DNA of 64,000 nt from Marsupella aquatica (taxonomy: Eukaryota > Plantae > Marchantiophyta), in assembly GCA_973895155.1 (NCBI GenBank), contig OZ316897.1, forward strand, positions 16,846,058 to 16,910,057. The letters run 5' to 3'. The notes beneath the pieces were generated by a model that saw only the letters and a list, made by a program, of their open reading frames with translations, was not told where the DNA came from and searched no databases. Each line of letters opens with the position of its first letter. Positions within the stretch are counted from its first letter, which is position 1. Shown in pieces: positions 1-9,516 of this stretch. Both the position numbers and the translations under genes were made by a program.

Positions 1-1356
1 TAGACTCAGGGCCTCACTTCTCTTCGCTCGTGTCTCAAAGGCTGCCACCTGACTCCGTAGTGCTCCCACCTGGTTCCTCCACTCCATCACTTCTCCAGAA
101 TTTTGCTTCTCTTTGGCCAATGCTTGCCTCAACGCTCCTACTTCTTCTGCTTCCTTGGCCTTGGTGGACAAAGCTCCCTTCAAGTTGGTGATCTCTACGT
201 GAGCTGCATTGATGTGCCTGACCTTCTCATGAATGGTCTGCTCCTTGGTCTTGATCACCTCCTTCAGTGACAGGATGCTCTGCTCTAACGTCTCTACTTT
301 GACTGTGGCGTGCTTGAGAGACTCCCTCAATGCGTGGACTAGCTTGAGTCCCTCGTGGACTCCCTCTCTGAAATCCCGTAGCTCTGCCAAGTAAACATCC
401 GGAATGTTGTATTCCAGAGGCTGTTTCGGATCTCCCACGAGTGATTCAAGCCACTCCAATGTGCAATCATCCTCCTGGTTCTCTTCTTCTCTATTATCCT
501 CCCCACCAGCAGACAATGATTCCTCCGTGAGCTTCCCTAAAACGGTAGTGGCAATACTCCGGATCTCCGTGGTGAGAGATGATCCCGTGTCTTCATGCCC
601 CGGAGAACCAATCAACCCTTCTGCCCTGGCCAATACAAATGACCCCATCAAATGTACAGCCCCACCTGGTTTCACACTCCCGGGCTCAGCGGCCAATAGC
701 TTCTTCAATCCGTAGCACCACCATCCGTACACATGGGCTGGGTAGTTCTTGATGTCCATAGCTACCACGAAATGCTCCTCATTCAGCACTCCGGATTGCA
801 CGTTGCCAAGAACCCGTTGATGCACCTTGGCCAGGAAGCCCTTATACTCAACATCCTTGACAGCAGAAAGAGGGATGGCGGTGGTGGAGGTAGGATTGGT
901 CACCCAAGTGGCCACCATTTTCAACGTGAGTTCTCCCCTGATATTCCGAGGTGTGAATGAGAATTTCTGATTCTCAAGAAACAATAGCTTAGCCAACTCC
1001 ACATGGGGCACTACACGTTTGAGACATTCAAAGTAGATTCCCTCCGTTCGGAACTCCATCCCGGCCTCAATGTCCCAGCTCTTCCCTGAAGGGATGGTAA
1101 TCTCCACCTTCATGAATTCTGTAAGCCCGGTGGCTTGGAAAATGTTCCGACAATCCTCCATCACCTTGGTGGAGGTCTTGGGATAAATTCGACGAAAAAT
1201 CTTCCTACCCACCGGTGAGGAACCCGCTGCCAATCCCGTGCTCATCATAACTTCTCTCTCTTCCCTTTCCCGTGTAATCCGAGTCTCCACGTAGTCACGG
1301 TAAGCAGCCTTGTATCTCCGAATGCGTGACGCACTAAACTCTGGTTGATCTAGCAT
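1..1356 (-). CDS. Partial (>452 aa) retroelement accessory protein with a C-terminal coiled coil
   Basis: Hand translation from ATG 1356 (MLDQPEFSASRIRRY...ATGLTEFMKVEI...EVGALRQALAKEKQ) has no stop before the window edge, so it is absent from the ORF track. Confidence 0.7.
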   Translation of the reverse strand, partial: MLDQPEFSASRIRRYKAAYRDYVETRITREREEREVMMSTGLAAGSSPVGRKIFRRIYPKTSTKVMEDCRNIFQATGLTEFMKVEITIPSGKSWDIEAGMEFRTEGIYFECLKRVVPHVELAKLLFLENQKFSFTPRNIRGELTLKMVATWVTNPTSTTAIPLSAVKDVEYKGFLAKVHQRVLGNVQSGVLNEEHFVVAMDIKNYPAHVYGWWCYGLKKLLAAEPGSVKPGGAVHLMGSFVLARAEGLIGSPGHEDTGSSLTTEIRSIATTVLGKLTEESLSAGGEDNREEENQEDDCTLEWLESLVGDPKQPLEYNIPDVYLAELRDFREGVHEGLKLVHALRESLKHATVKVETLEQSILSLKEVIKTKEQTIHEKVRHINAAHVEITNLKGALSTKAKEAEEVGALRQALAKEKQNSGEVMEWRNQVGALRSQVAAFETRAKRSEALSL

Positions 1357-1780
1357 CCATGCATCCCGAAATCAATTTCTCAATCACCAATCCCGTCACC
1401 CGTGGCAATGTCAATTCCCTGGCCCGAAACAGCCCCCGTAGCCCGATCACTTAAATTCTCTCAATTTCCCGTCACTACTCCGTGCGGCCGCCACTAATGC
1501 CTGGAAGAATGACGCCAGCAAGCCCCACTAATCCACCATGAAAGAGAGAGCTTCAAAAATAATTAGAATCTGGAGAGAGCTTCCGGCAAGAGAGAGAAGA
1601 ACCCCGTTTTTGCTTTCGGCAATGAGAGGGTCGTGCAAAAGGAAGAGGGAAAGAAAAAGGAAGGAAAAAAAAATAGAACCGAAAAAACTCCTGGCGCCTT
1701 CGCCATGCGCCCCGGCCCATTTCTCGGGCCTTACCCTTGCGTCCTCCTGCGCGCGGCCCTATGCAGGGCGCGCGGCCATT

Positions 1781-1967
1781 CCTCCCGGCTCGCGGGAGGC
1801 CCTTCAACTCCCCCCCGCTCGCGTGATCCTCCCAGCTCGCGGGAGGCCCTTTAACTCCCCCCCGCTCGCGTGATCCTCCCAGCTCGCGGGAGGCCCTTTA
1901 ACTCCCCCCCGCTCGCGTGATCCTCCCAGCTCGCGGGAGGCCCTTTAACTCCCCCCCCCCCGCTCGC
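1781..1967. repeat. 47-bp tandem repeat, ~4 copies, each with an internal hairpin
   Basis: Units start at 1781, 1828, 1875 and 1922; each contains CCTCCC-n7-GGGAGG. Confidence 0.9.
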
Positions 1968-1976
1968 TTGCGCTCC

Positions 1977-2104
1977 TTCAGCTCGCGGAGCCTCATTAAT
2001 TGCCCGGGCACGCAGCCCTATGGGCTCGCGAGGCAGCCCCTTCAGCTCGCGGAGCCCCATTAATCGCCCGGGCACGCAGCCCTATGGGCTCGCGAGGCAG
2101 CCCC
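1977..2104. repeat. 64-bp tandem duplication
   Basis: TTCAGCTCGCGGAGCC...GAGGCAGCCCC at 1977 and 2041. Confidence 0.9.
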
Positions 2105-2467
2105 TCTTTCTCTCGGACGGCCACTAATGGGACTCGCCCTCCTGAGGAGGGATTTATTTAAAAAAAAACCCCCCCCTCTCCTGACTTTGCAATGGGGGTC
2201 TCAACAATAGCTCTTGAAGCAAAACGGTAAGTCCTATGGGGCTGGTCCTGGCTAGTTTCAAGGTCCCAAAATATTTGCCCACTTAGGTCGCCGCAAATCT
2301 TAGAACTATTATGAGAGAAAGAATATAAAGTCACCTGGGGCATCATCAACCTATAATGACGGAATTAACTAAAAATTAAAAAATGGCTTATTTACATTGA
2401 CTATTAACAAGGTATCGGCCTTTGCAACCAGTTATGTGTGACTTCCCGTGACGGGGTACCCGTCACA

Positions 2468-3016
2468 CGTGCCTTTCCAAGCTTAAAACTAAACAAGGGA
2501 GAAGCACAGCATAAGTACTTCAACAAGGGTGGTAGAATACTACTTTACTAGTAATCTACTTCAAAAACTAAGTGTTGAGCGGACGCTGCTAGAAGCGTCG
2601 GGAGAATCTGGACGCTGCTAGAAGCGTCTTAAGTAAAACCAACGGACGCTGCTCACACTGCTCACAGCGTCAATACTAGGGTGGACGCTGCTCACAGCGT
2701 CGTGTGTTGAAGCTGACGCTTTCCACAGCGTCGGTCGAAATCCTCATAGAGTCTTGGTGGCGGTCGGGCGCTGCCAAAAGCGTCATGAGGAGGTTGGACG
2801 CTTCCGCAGCGTCTTGAGTAAAAGAAACGGGCGCTGGTCACAGCGTCGGGCAAAGTACACTAGGAATCGTCAGGAAAGCCGGAGATGTCAAATATTTCTA
2901 TAAGTGTCCAGAACAAGTAAATGTTGGCCGGAAGGTGTCTAAAGTGTAAGTAAATCTTGTGATATGCTAAAAATAAACAAGTTTCCAGAAAAAATTGCAG
3001 GGACACCCATACCACA
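2468..3016 (-). repeat. 3' LTR (only the first 549 bp are in the window; interrupted by an insertion)
   Basis: Matches 14630-15178 with one mismatch seen by eye (2530 T vs 14692 C); begins TGTGG on the minus strand. Confidence 0.95.
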
Positions 3017-3034
3017 TAGCCCTCCACTTAAATT
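3017..3034 (-). promoter_or_regulatory. Polypurine tract
   Basis: Minus strand AATTTAAGTGGAGGGCTA directly before the TG of the 3' LTR. Confidence 0.8.
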
Positions 3035-3093
3035 TCGCCGTGTCCCCACAAGACATGACCGAATTGAATCAGAAGCGAGTGACATGTTCTTCA

Positions 3094-3468
3094 TTAATAA
3101 TATTCTGGCTTAATAATCCAAGTAGTGCTCAAAATCATTGACGGGAGTTGGGAGATATCCGAATCCAGAATATAAAAATCGAGGTCATGGAATTCTTCTC
3201 CGATCTGTATTGGGACTCCTTTAACTCTTCCCCAAAGATTAATGATTCGTCCATCGATTGATATCTGAGCAGATATCGGTTGTACTTCTTGATGAACAAA
3301 TTGCTGGCATAGTCTGTGGGAGAGGAAATTAATTCGAGAGCCTGGATCAATAACAAAGTGTTGAATAGCATGTCCTCCCAGTTTGATCTTGCCTTCAAAG
3401 GAATGTTGGAAAGCACGGGGTAAAGAATTCCAACAATCCATAGTAGCTTTGATGTCCCACATGAGCAA
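3094..3468 (-). CDS. Stand-alone retropepsin-like (aspartic protease fold) accessory ORF
   Basis: FVIDPGSRINFLS...GRVKGVPIQIG...LDFYIL...MILSTTWI parallels the element's own protease (VPVDGGASVNLIT...LDYVVI...VLLGRPWL). Confidence 0.65.
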   Translation of the reverse strand: MLMWDIKATMDCWNSLPRAFQHSFEGKIKLGGHAIQHFVIDPGSRINFLSHRLCQQFVHQEVQPISAQISIDGRIINLWGRVKGVPIQIGEEFHDLDFYILDSDISQLPSMILSTTWIIKPEYY

Positions 3469-3584
3469 GCCTAAATATCAATTCGAAGGAGAAAGAAGGA
3501 AACAATTGCAGGATGCTGCAAAAGTAACGGCTTATATACATATAAATGACAACACCGTTTGATATCTCTCATAAATGGTGTCCT

Positions 3585-4310
3585 TCAAATCTGTGTCCTA
3601 GATAAAACACCTTGAATAATCACATCCGGATAAGAAGGAATAATAGGTAGGAACGCTAAACACCTAAGCGACTTGAACCCTTGGGAAGCCGGTAGCATAC
3701 ATTGTTTTGTAATCAACTGCTCCCTTAGCTTAACAAGCTTCTTCTCATATTTAATTGGAATAGCAAACCCACCAGGACAAACCCAAACATAGTATGGATA
3801 GGGCCATGGAATTTCCGGCACAAGGGGCGGAAATGGAGCTTGAGCTCGTCGAAGCATATACACCCAACACCAAATTTCGAACTCCGAAAACTTATGTCGT
3901 CTGTCCTTATCAATGGGAGGAACCGCCTTCCCAGGTTCATATGTGCGAATCAAACTACGAATCCTCGGATGGGATGTCATTGGCAAAATCTGCTGCTGCT
4001 GCAAAATGCTCTCCATCTCCAGATGTCGAAAAGCTACTCGAAAATGTTTCTTCTCCCACCTGTGAATTGAAGCCAAATTAGGGATAGGATTTCGGGGTGG
4101 CAAATCCACTGTATGCCGAAGTCGAGGAGGTACTCTGATAATGCGAGGGTCTTCGTCTTCTTCTCCATCACTTGGTGCTCCTATCCAACGGAAAATTACA
4201 TCTGGCATAGCGGAAGGAATCACTGACTCCTTAACTGGTCGAATTGGCAATGTAACAGGAGACGAAGGAGCAGAAGGTTCGGGCTCCAGTGGTTCAAATT
4301 CTTCTTGCAA
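3585..4310 (-). CDS. Accessory ORF of unknown function (241 aa)
   Basis: Intact ORF in the element's sense; it overlaps the end of the 620-aa ORF. Confidence 0.5.
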   Translation of the reverse strand: MQEEFEPLEPEPSAPSSPVTLPIRPVKESVIPSAMPDVIFRWIGAPSDGEEDEDPRIIRVPPRLRHTVDLPPRNPIPNLASIHRWEKKHFRVAFRHLEMESILQQQQILPMTSHPRIRSLIRTYEPGKAVPPIDKDRRHKFSEFEIWCWVYMLRRAQAPFPPLVPEIPWPYPYYVWVCPGGFAIPIKYEKKLVKLREQLITKQCMLPASQGFKSLRCLAFLPIIPSYPDVIIQGVLSRTQI

Positions 4311-6156
4311 CAGTAGCTGGTTGATCTGCAGTGGGATGCATTGGTACTAAAACAGGAAGTTCTTCTTTAAAATTATCGCTAGGTAAAGAGACTTCCTGGT
4401 TAGTTCGATCTGCCAAAAGTACAGGAAGGGGTAGCTCGTCTGTTCCGATAGGTGCTTCTCCCTGTTCAAAATCATGGGAAGATGCTTCAGGAAAGATCTG
4501 TCGACTGATAGCATGGCGCAACCGTTTCCAAGATTTTCGAGTATACGTCACTGAAAACTCCTCCCGAATGTTTTTATCCTCGTTTGTAGCCAATGAAACT
4601 GGTGCTGAGCTGGTTGTCGAAGCGGGTGTCTCGGGTACCAATATGGGTACAGATATACCCATATTACCAGATACCTGATTGCGACTCGGAAAACCAGCAG
4701 AGCCTCCTTCAATCAACTCATCTTCAGGAGAAACCCATTTTACAGGCGGAAATGAAGGAGCTCCTATCGCGGCTATTGCCTCATCTAATTCCTTAGTTAT
4801 ATCCAAAGGAATCGATATGAGTGAACCAGGTGTAGACCAGGCAGGGTATCTTGCGACAGATTGGGGAGAAGTCACTGGTTCACCTACTTCGTCTATATCC
4901 ACAATTGCATCCTCCGAATCAACTTTAACCAGCTTCACAATTTCTGAGCTTAATATTTCTGACTCCTGGACCAGAGGGATTTCACCTATATTTGGGCTAG
5001 AACTAAGAGAGTCGGACGAATCATACTCCTGTAAAGCCTGCAAAGCATCACTATTTGCCTCTATGGGAACCAAAACAGGGGTAGAAGTAAATCCATCATA
5101 CTCGTCCTCAGCAGTAGAATGTTGAAGAGGTTCCCCTGAAAAACCTTCTTCATCCACCCTCACCTCATCTTCAACATTCATCCGAGAAGCAGAATTATCC
5201 TGATCAACATCATAAATAGGCTCGGCAGCACAAGGTGAACACGAGAGTCGAGGTGACATAGAATGCTCCAACCCTGTTGGCATTGCTGAAGGAACATCTT
5301 CGGCAACTTGAGCCTCTCTTGGTTGGTGAAGAATCGGATCGTCACTCCCTTCAGCTGATGCTCTTGTCTCTTTCAATTTCCGAACTTCACCCACCAGTTC
5401 AGGTTCCTCACAGTCGAGTATTGCACATAGCTCTACCACTGTGGAATTGGCTCGGACTTCTCGTACTTCAGGCATATAATTTGCTTCACCGGTAGATGCT
5501 CTCTGATTGTTGCGATAAAAATCTTTTTCCAAGACAAGCAGACAGTCATACTTATGGTAAATGTGAGCTAAATAAGGGGCCAAGTAGGTACACCTTATTT
5601 TCCCCGTTTTCAGCCTGCTACGAAAATTTTTGACCTGAGTATGAATTACTCGGTGCAAAACCTTCGTCCAATTGATAGACTGCGTCTGTTCTAATGAACA
5701 GATCACCGTTGCAGCGAACGAAAGAGTGATGCGCGTCTGGCTTTCTGGGTAGAAAATTGGTGCCAGAAATCGAAATAGACGCTGCAGAGAATTATCTAAG
5801 CAGTCCGCCGCTAGCCATCCATTCCGCCTCTTGAAAGATCCTGGAGCGAAGAAGGATTCTACATAAACCCGAGGCTCACAATCAACCCTCTGTAAATCCT
5901 CGCCCTCCATCGGCGTCGAATAGACCTTCGCTATGAGCGCTTCAGTCCAAACACTGGGACGCGAGCGCACACCAATCCTTTCTTCAGCGTCCCAGACACC
6001 TTGATCGATAAGGCTGAATTCGCAAATCTTCCAAGGAAGTTGAAGCAGCTTCTTCAAGCCCATTTTTGCCAGAGCCGTCTTCAACTGCCGCCTATGCACT
6101 GCATTCGATGGAATGTCTGCGAGTATTGGTCGCGTCGTCAGCTCAGTCTCCGCCAT
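4294..6156 (-). CDS. 620-aa accessory ORF in the env-like position; N-terminal plant-transposon-type domain and acidic disordered C-terminus
   Basis: Long intact ORF 3' of integrase with motifs GLKKLLQLPW, WTEALIAKVY, INWTKVL and YLAPYLAHIY. Confidence 0.75.
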   Translation of the reverse strand: MAETELTTRPILADIPSNAVHRRQLKTALAKMGLKKLLQLPWKICEFSLIDQGVWDAEERIGVRSRPSVWTEALIAKVYSTPMEGEDLQRVDCEPRVYVESFFAPGSFKRRNGWLAADCLDNSLQRLFRFLAPIFYPESQTRITLSFAATVICSLEQTQSINWTKVLHRVIHTQVKNFRSRLKTGKIRCTYLAPYLAHIYHKYDCLLVLEKDFYRNNQRASTGEANYMPEVREVRANSTVVELCAILDCEEPELVGEVRKLKETRASAEGSDDPILHQPREAQVAEDVPSAMPTGLEHSMSPRLSCSPCAAEPIYDVDQDNSASRMNVEDEVRVDEEGFSGEPLQHSTAEDEYDGFTSTPVLVPIEANSDALQALQEYDSSDSLSSSPNIGEIPLVQESEILSSEIVKLVKVDSEDAIVDIDEVGEPVTSPQSVARYPAWSTPGSLISIPLDITKELDEAIAAIGAPSFPPVKWVSPEDELIEGGSAGFPSRNQVSGNMGISVPILVPETPASTTSSAPVSLATNEDKNIREEFSVTYTRKSWKRLRHAISRQIFPEASSHDFEQGEAPIGTDELPLPVLLADRTNQEVSLPSDNFKEELPVLVPMHPTADQPATVARRI

Positions 6157-6543
6157 CGCGTGACTTGTTAGCTCCGTAAGCTCAGTGAGAATCGTGTTCC
6201 ATAGTGAACTAGGGCGAAGCGCGACTGCTTACTCCTCAGCGTCCCGTTGAGCTGTCGCAATCCGCCATTGTACAAGACGCCTAGTCATCGGCTCACAGCG
6301 TCTCATGCAACTGAACTAATACAAAAGCGGACCTCTGCACAACGTCCTTTGTAAACTAAGTGGACGCTTCCCCAGCGTCGAGTTACAATGGACGCTTTTC
6401 ACAGCGTCCAATGTAAAAACTGAAAGTAACTAAAAAAAATAAAAAATAAAAATATGCCGAATACTTACTAGGGAGGGTCACTAATTCTAACTAAGTATAA
6501 CTACCGCCCTCCACTTAAATTGCAACCTGTCCCAGGTGGAATT

Positions 6544-9516
6544 CTAAATGGAAGACTCATAGTACCGTTTAATCCTAAACCCATTGATTCTAGTGTTAAG
6601 TGGGTGACCATCTAAGGTAGTCAATGAAACTGAACCATTATCCCAGATGTGTGTAACTCGGTAAGGACCAATCCAATGAGTATGAAGTTTCCCAGGAAAT
6701 AGCATATAACGAGAATCAAAGACTAATGCTAAATCACCAACATCTAACTGCACTACGCGCAGCTTCTTATCATAAGCAAGTTTACGCTGGTTCTGAATGG
6801 TGACTGTATGGTCTAATGCTAAAAGTCTAACTTCTTCTAATTTAACAATATTGGAAAACCGATGTGAGAGACTATCTGAAGGAGAGAGTCGGTGTGGTAC
6901 CAAGATACGTTCCGTTGGTAACGAAAATTCTATTGGAATAATACTATTCAGGCCATAGGTCAGATAGAAGGGGGTGTGAAGAGTTGTAATCTTCTCAGCG
7001 GTGCGGTAAGCCCATAATGCAGAATGGAGCTTCACATCCCAATCTGTCTTGTGAGATTCTACCATTTTATTCAGAATCTTGCCCATAATGCCATTAGCTC
7101 TCTCGGTTAAGCCATTAGCTCGGGGGTTGTAAGGAGTAGTTTTGCGATGCTTGATAAGATAAAGGTCAGTGATTAACTCAATAGTTGAGTTAAGAAAATG
7201 CAAACCCCTATCGCTTACCAACTCCAAAGGACAACCAAACCGGGTGATAATGTGCTCAAAGAGAAATGCAGCTGCGGTTATAGCATCATTCTTGCGAGTA
7301 GCTTTCGCCTCTACCCATTTGGTGGCATAATCAGTGGCCAGAATAATATATTTGCTTCGGCTTTTCCGAGCTGCTGGAGAAATTGGGCCAATAAAATCAA
7401 TCCCCCATTTCTCAAATGGTGCCAACGGAAGGATAGGCGTAAGAGGCCATTTGGAACTAGCAGTGGGCTTCCCGATCCTTTGACAGGGATCACAGGTCTT
7501 AATAAAATTGTAAGTATCTCGATGCATAGTAGGCCACCAGTATCCAGCATCCAAAATTTTCTTAACTGTGGTATTCACAGCATAATGCCCACCGGTTTCT
7601 CCTGAATGTAAAGCTTCAATTACTTGGGGAAGTTCCCTATCCTCTAGACAACGTCGTAATTGTTGATCAGGACCTTGTTTAAACAAAGTGCCCCGAATAA
7701 TGGTATAGGGACCCACCTTATGAGCAAAGACAGCTCGTTCTTCCGCATTAAAGCCTTCAGGGAACGTTCCATGAAGCAGCATGTGCACAATATTAAAATA
7801 TCGAGAAGACTCCCCTTCAATGTGCCACAAATGCTCGTCAGGAAATTCATTGGAGAGATTATGCTGATTCTCCGGACCAGGTAACCGAGATAGGAAGTCT
7901 GCATTCTCATGATGTTTGCCAGGTCGGACATGAACTTCATAATCAAATTCTTGGAGTAGTAAAACCCAGCGGGCTACTCGTCCTGAGAGATCCACTTGGT
8001 TAACCAAATATTTTAAGGAATTATGATCAGTGTGAAAAGTAACCTGATACCCCAACAAATAGTGACGAAATTTCTTACACGCAAAGACGATGGCCAAAGC
8101 TTCCCGTTCAGTGACGGAGTAGTTTTTCTCGGCTGCACTCATTTGGCGGCTGGCATAGTAAATTGGATGGTCACGGTTTTCCACATCCTTCTGACTGAGA
8201 TTAGCTCCAATGCAGAACGCAGAAGAGTCAATGAAGACATGAAACTTCTTAGTCCAATCTGGGGGTGACAAAATAGGTGCAAAGATTAACCGATCCTTGA
8301 GCAACTGGAATGCTTGCTGCCGCTCCTCATTCCATGTATATTCCACATCACTTTTTAACAGTTGGGTTAAGGGTAAGGCAATATTAGCATGTTTATAAAT
8401 GAACCGACGATAATACCCCACATGTCCCAGAAAAGCATGAAGCTGCTTTAAATCGGTCGGTGGTTGCAACTCCATAATTACTCTAACCTTCTCTGTATCA
8501 ACCTCAATGCCGCGTTGTGAAATAACATGGCCTAACAAAATTCCCTCCTTCATACCAATAAAGCACTTTTCTGGATGAAGACACAACTGAGCCTCTCTAC
8601 ACTTCTGAAATGTCTTCTCCAAATGGACGAGGTGTTCAGCCGCTGACCCGTAAACACAAAAGTCGTCAATAAAAATCTCCATGAAATGCCGCAAATATTC
8701 TTGAAAAATAATCATCATAATGCGCTGAAAAGTACCCGGGGCATTACACAGCCCAAAAGGCATCATGGTAAATGCATATGTACCCCAGTCGGTGGTGAAC
8801 GTAGTCTTGTCGCGATCCTCCTTCCGAATGGACACCTGGTTATAACCAGAGTACCCATCTAAAAAACTGTATAACTCATGCAAGGCCACTGAATCAAGTA
8901 CCAGATCAATAAATGGCAAAGGATAATGATCTTTCCGAGTGGCAGCATTCAACTTCCGGAAGTCTTGACAAACGCGAATTTTCGTTTTACCATCGGGTCC
9001 CGGCTTTTTGGGGACAATGACAATTGGTGAGACCCATTCACTACTCAAGACCGGGTAGATAAATCCAGCAGTCGTGAGCTTGTCCAACTCGTCTTTAACC
9101 AGGATGGAATATTTGGGATTCAAACGGTACTGTCTCTGTCGGACAGGTACTGCTCCTTCCATAAGGTCAATACGATGTTCGCCCAAATGTGGATGGATAC
9201 CTTTTAAATCAGAATGACTCCAGGCAAAGACATCTTTATACTGGGTTAATAAACTGATATACTGTTCCCGTAGCTCTCCTTCGATATGCTTACCAATATT
9301 CAAAAACTTGCCTGGCTCAATTTCGATTTTCTGACAAGCTTTTGGATCCACAATTCCATCCGTGAGGTTTGCCGGCTGAAGTCCAAGTTTGGATACTTCT
9401 GGTGCAAATGGCTCAAGGGTAGCTGACACTCCCATATCATGGTGTAAATCCCTATTAGCCTCAGTATTAGGAGGTTCGTCTGCTGCTGGGCCCACTTCCG
9501 ATGATGAAGTTAATTG
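6544..9516 (-). CDS. pol: Pol: reverse transcriptase, RNase H, integrase
   Basis: RVCQDFRKLN, LDGYSGYNQ, MPFGLCNAP and FIDD (RT); DSS, EREALA, TDH (RNase H); HHCC zinc finger, WGIDF, SDRG, NGLTER and GPY (integrase). In frame with gag-PR across one TGA. Confidence 0.97.
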   Translation of the reverse strand, partial: QLTSSSEVGPAADEPPNTEANRDLHHDMGVSATLEPFAPEVSKLGLQPANLTDGIVDPKACQKIEIEPGKFLNIGKHIEGELREQYISLLTQYKDVFAWSHSDLKGIHPHLGEHRIDLMEGAVPVRQRQYRLNPKYSILVKDELDKLTTAGFIYPVLSSEWVSPIVIVPKKPGPDGKTKIRVCQDFRKLNAATRKDHYPLPFIDLVLDSVALHELYSFLDGYSGYNQVSIRKEDRDKTTFTTDWGTYAFTMMPFGLCNAPGTFQRIMMIIFQEYLRHFMEIFIDDFCVYGSAAEHLVHLEKTFQKCREAQLCLHPEKCFIGMKEGILLGHVISQRGIEVDTEKVRVIMELQPPTDLKQLHAFLGHVGYYRRFIYKHANIALPLTQLLKSDVEYTWNEERQQAFQLLKDRLIFAPILSPPDWTKKFHVFIDSSAFCIGANLSQKDVENRDHPIYYASRQMSAAEKNYSVTEREALAIVFACKKFRHYLLGYQVTFHTDHNSLKYLVNQVDLSGRVARWVLLLQEFDYEVHVRPGKHHENADFLSRLPGPENQHNLSNEFPDEHLWHIEGESSRYFNIVHMLLHGTFPEGFNAEERAVFAHKVGPYTIIRGTLFKQGPDQQLRRCLEDRELPQVIEALHSGETGGHYAVNTTVKKILDAGYWWPTMHRDTYNFIKTCDPCQRIGKPTASSKWPLTPILPLAPFEKWGIDFIGPISPAARKSRSKYIILATDYATKWVEAKATRKNDAITAAAFLFEHIITRFGCPLELVSDRGLHFLNSTIELITDLYLIKHRKTTPYNPRANGLTERANGIMGKILNKMVESHKTDWDVKLHSALWAYRTAEKITTLHTPFYLTYGLNSIIPIEFSLPTERILVPHRLSPSDSLSHRFSNIVKLEEVRLLALDHTVTIQNQRKLAYDKKLRVVQLDVGDLALVFDSRYMLFPGKLHTHWIGPYRVTHIWDNGSVSLTTLDGHPLNTRINGFRIKRYYESSI

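Larger units (their letters stand above)
1..2467 (-). mobile_element. Partial TG..CA-type (LTR-like) element inserted into the Gypsy 3' LTR; runs off the left edge
   Basis: The Gypsy 3' LTR matches the 5' LTR only from 2468. Sequence to the left is unrelated and ends ...CCCGTCACA (TGTGACGGG on the minus strand). It contains a long ORF and GC-rich tandem repeats. Confidence 0.6.

Noticed and set aside
6544-6800. Chromodomain at the integrase C-terminus
   Set aside because: The ORF ends shortly after the GPY/F module.
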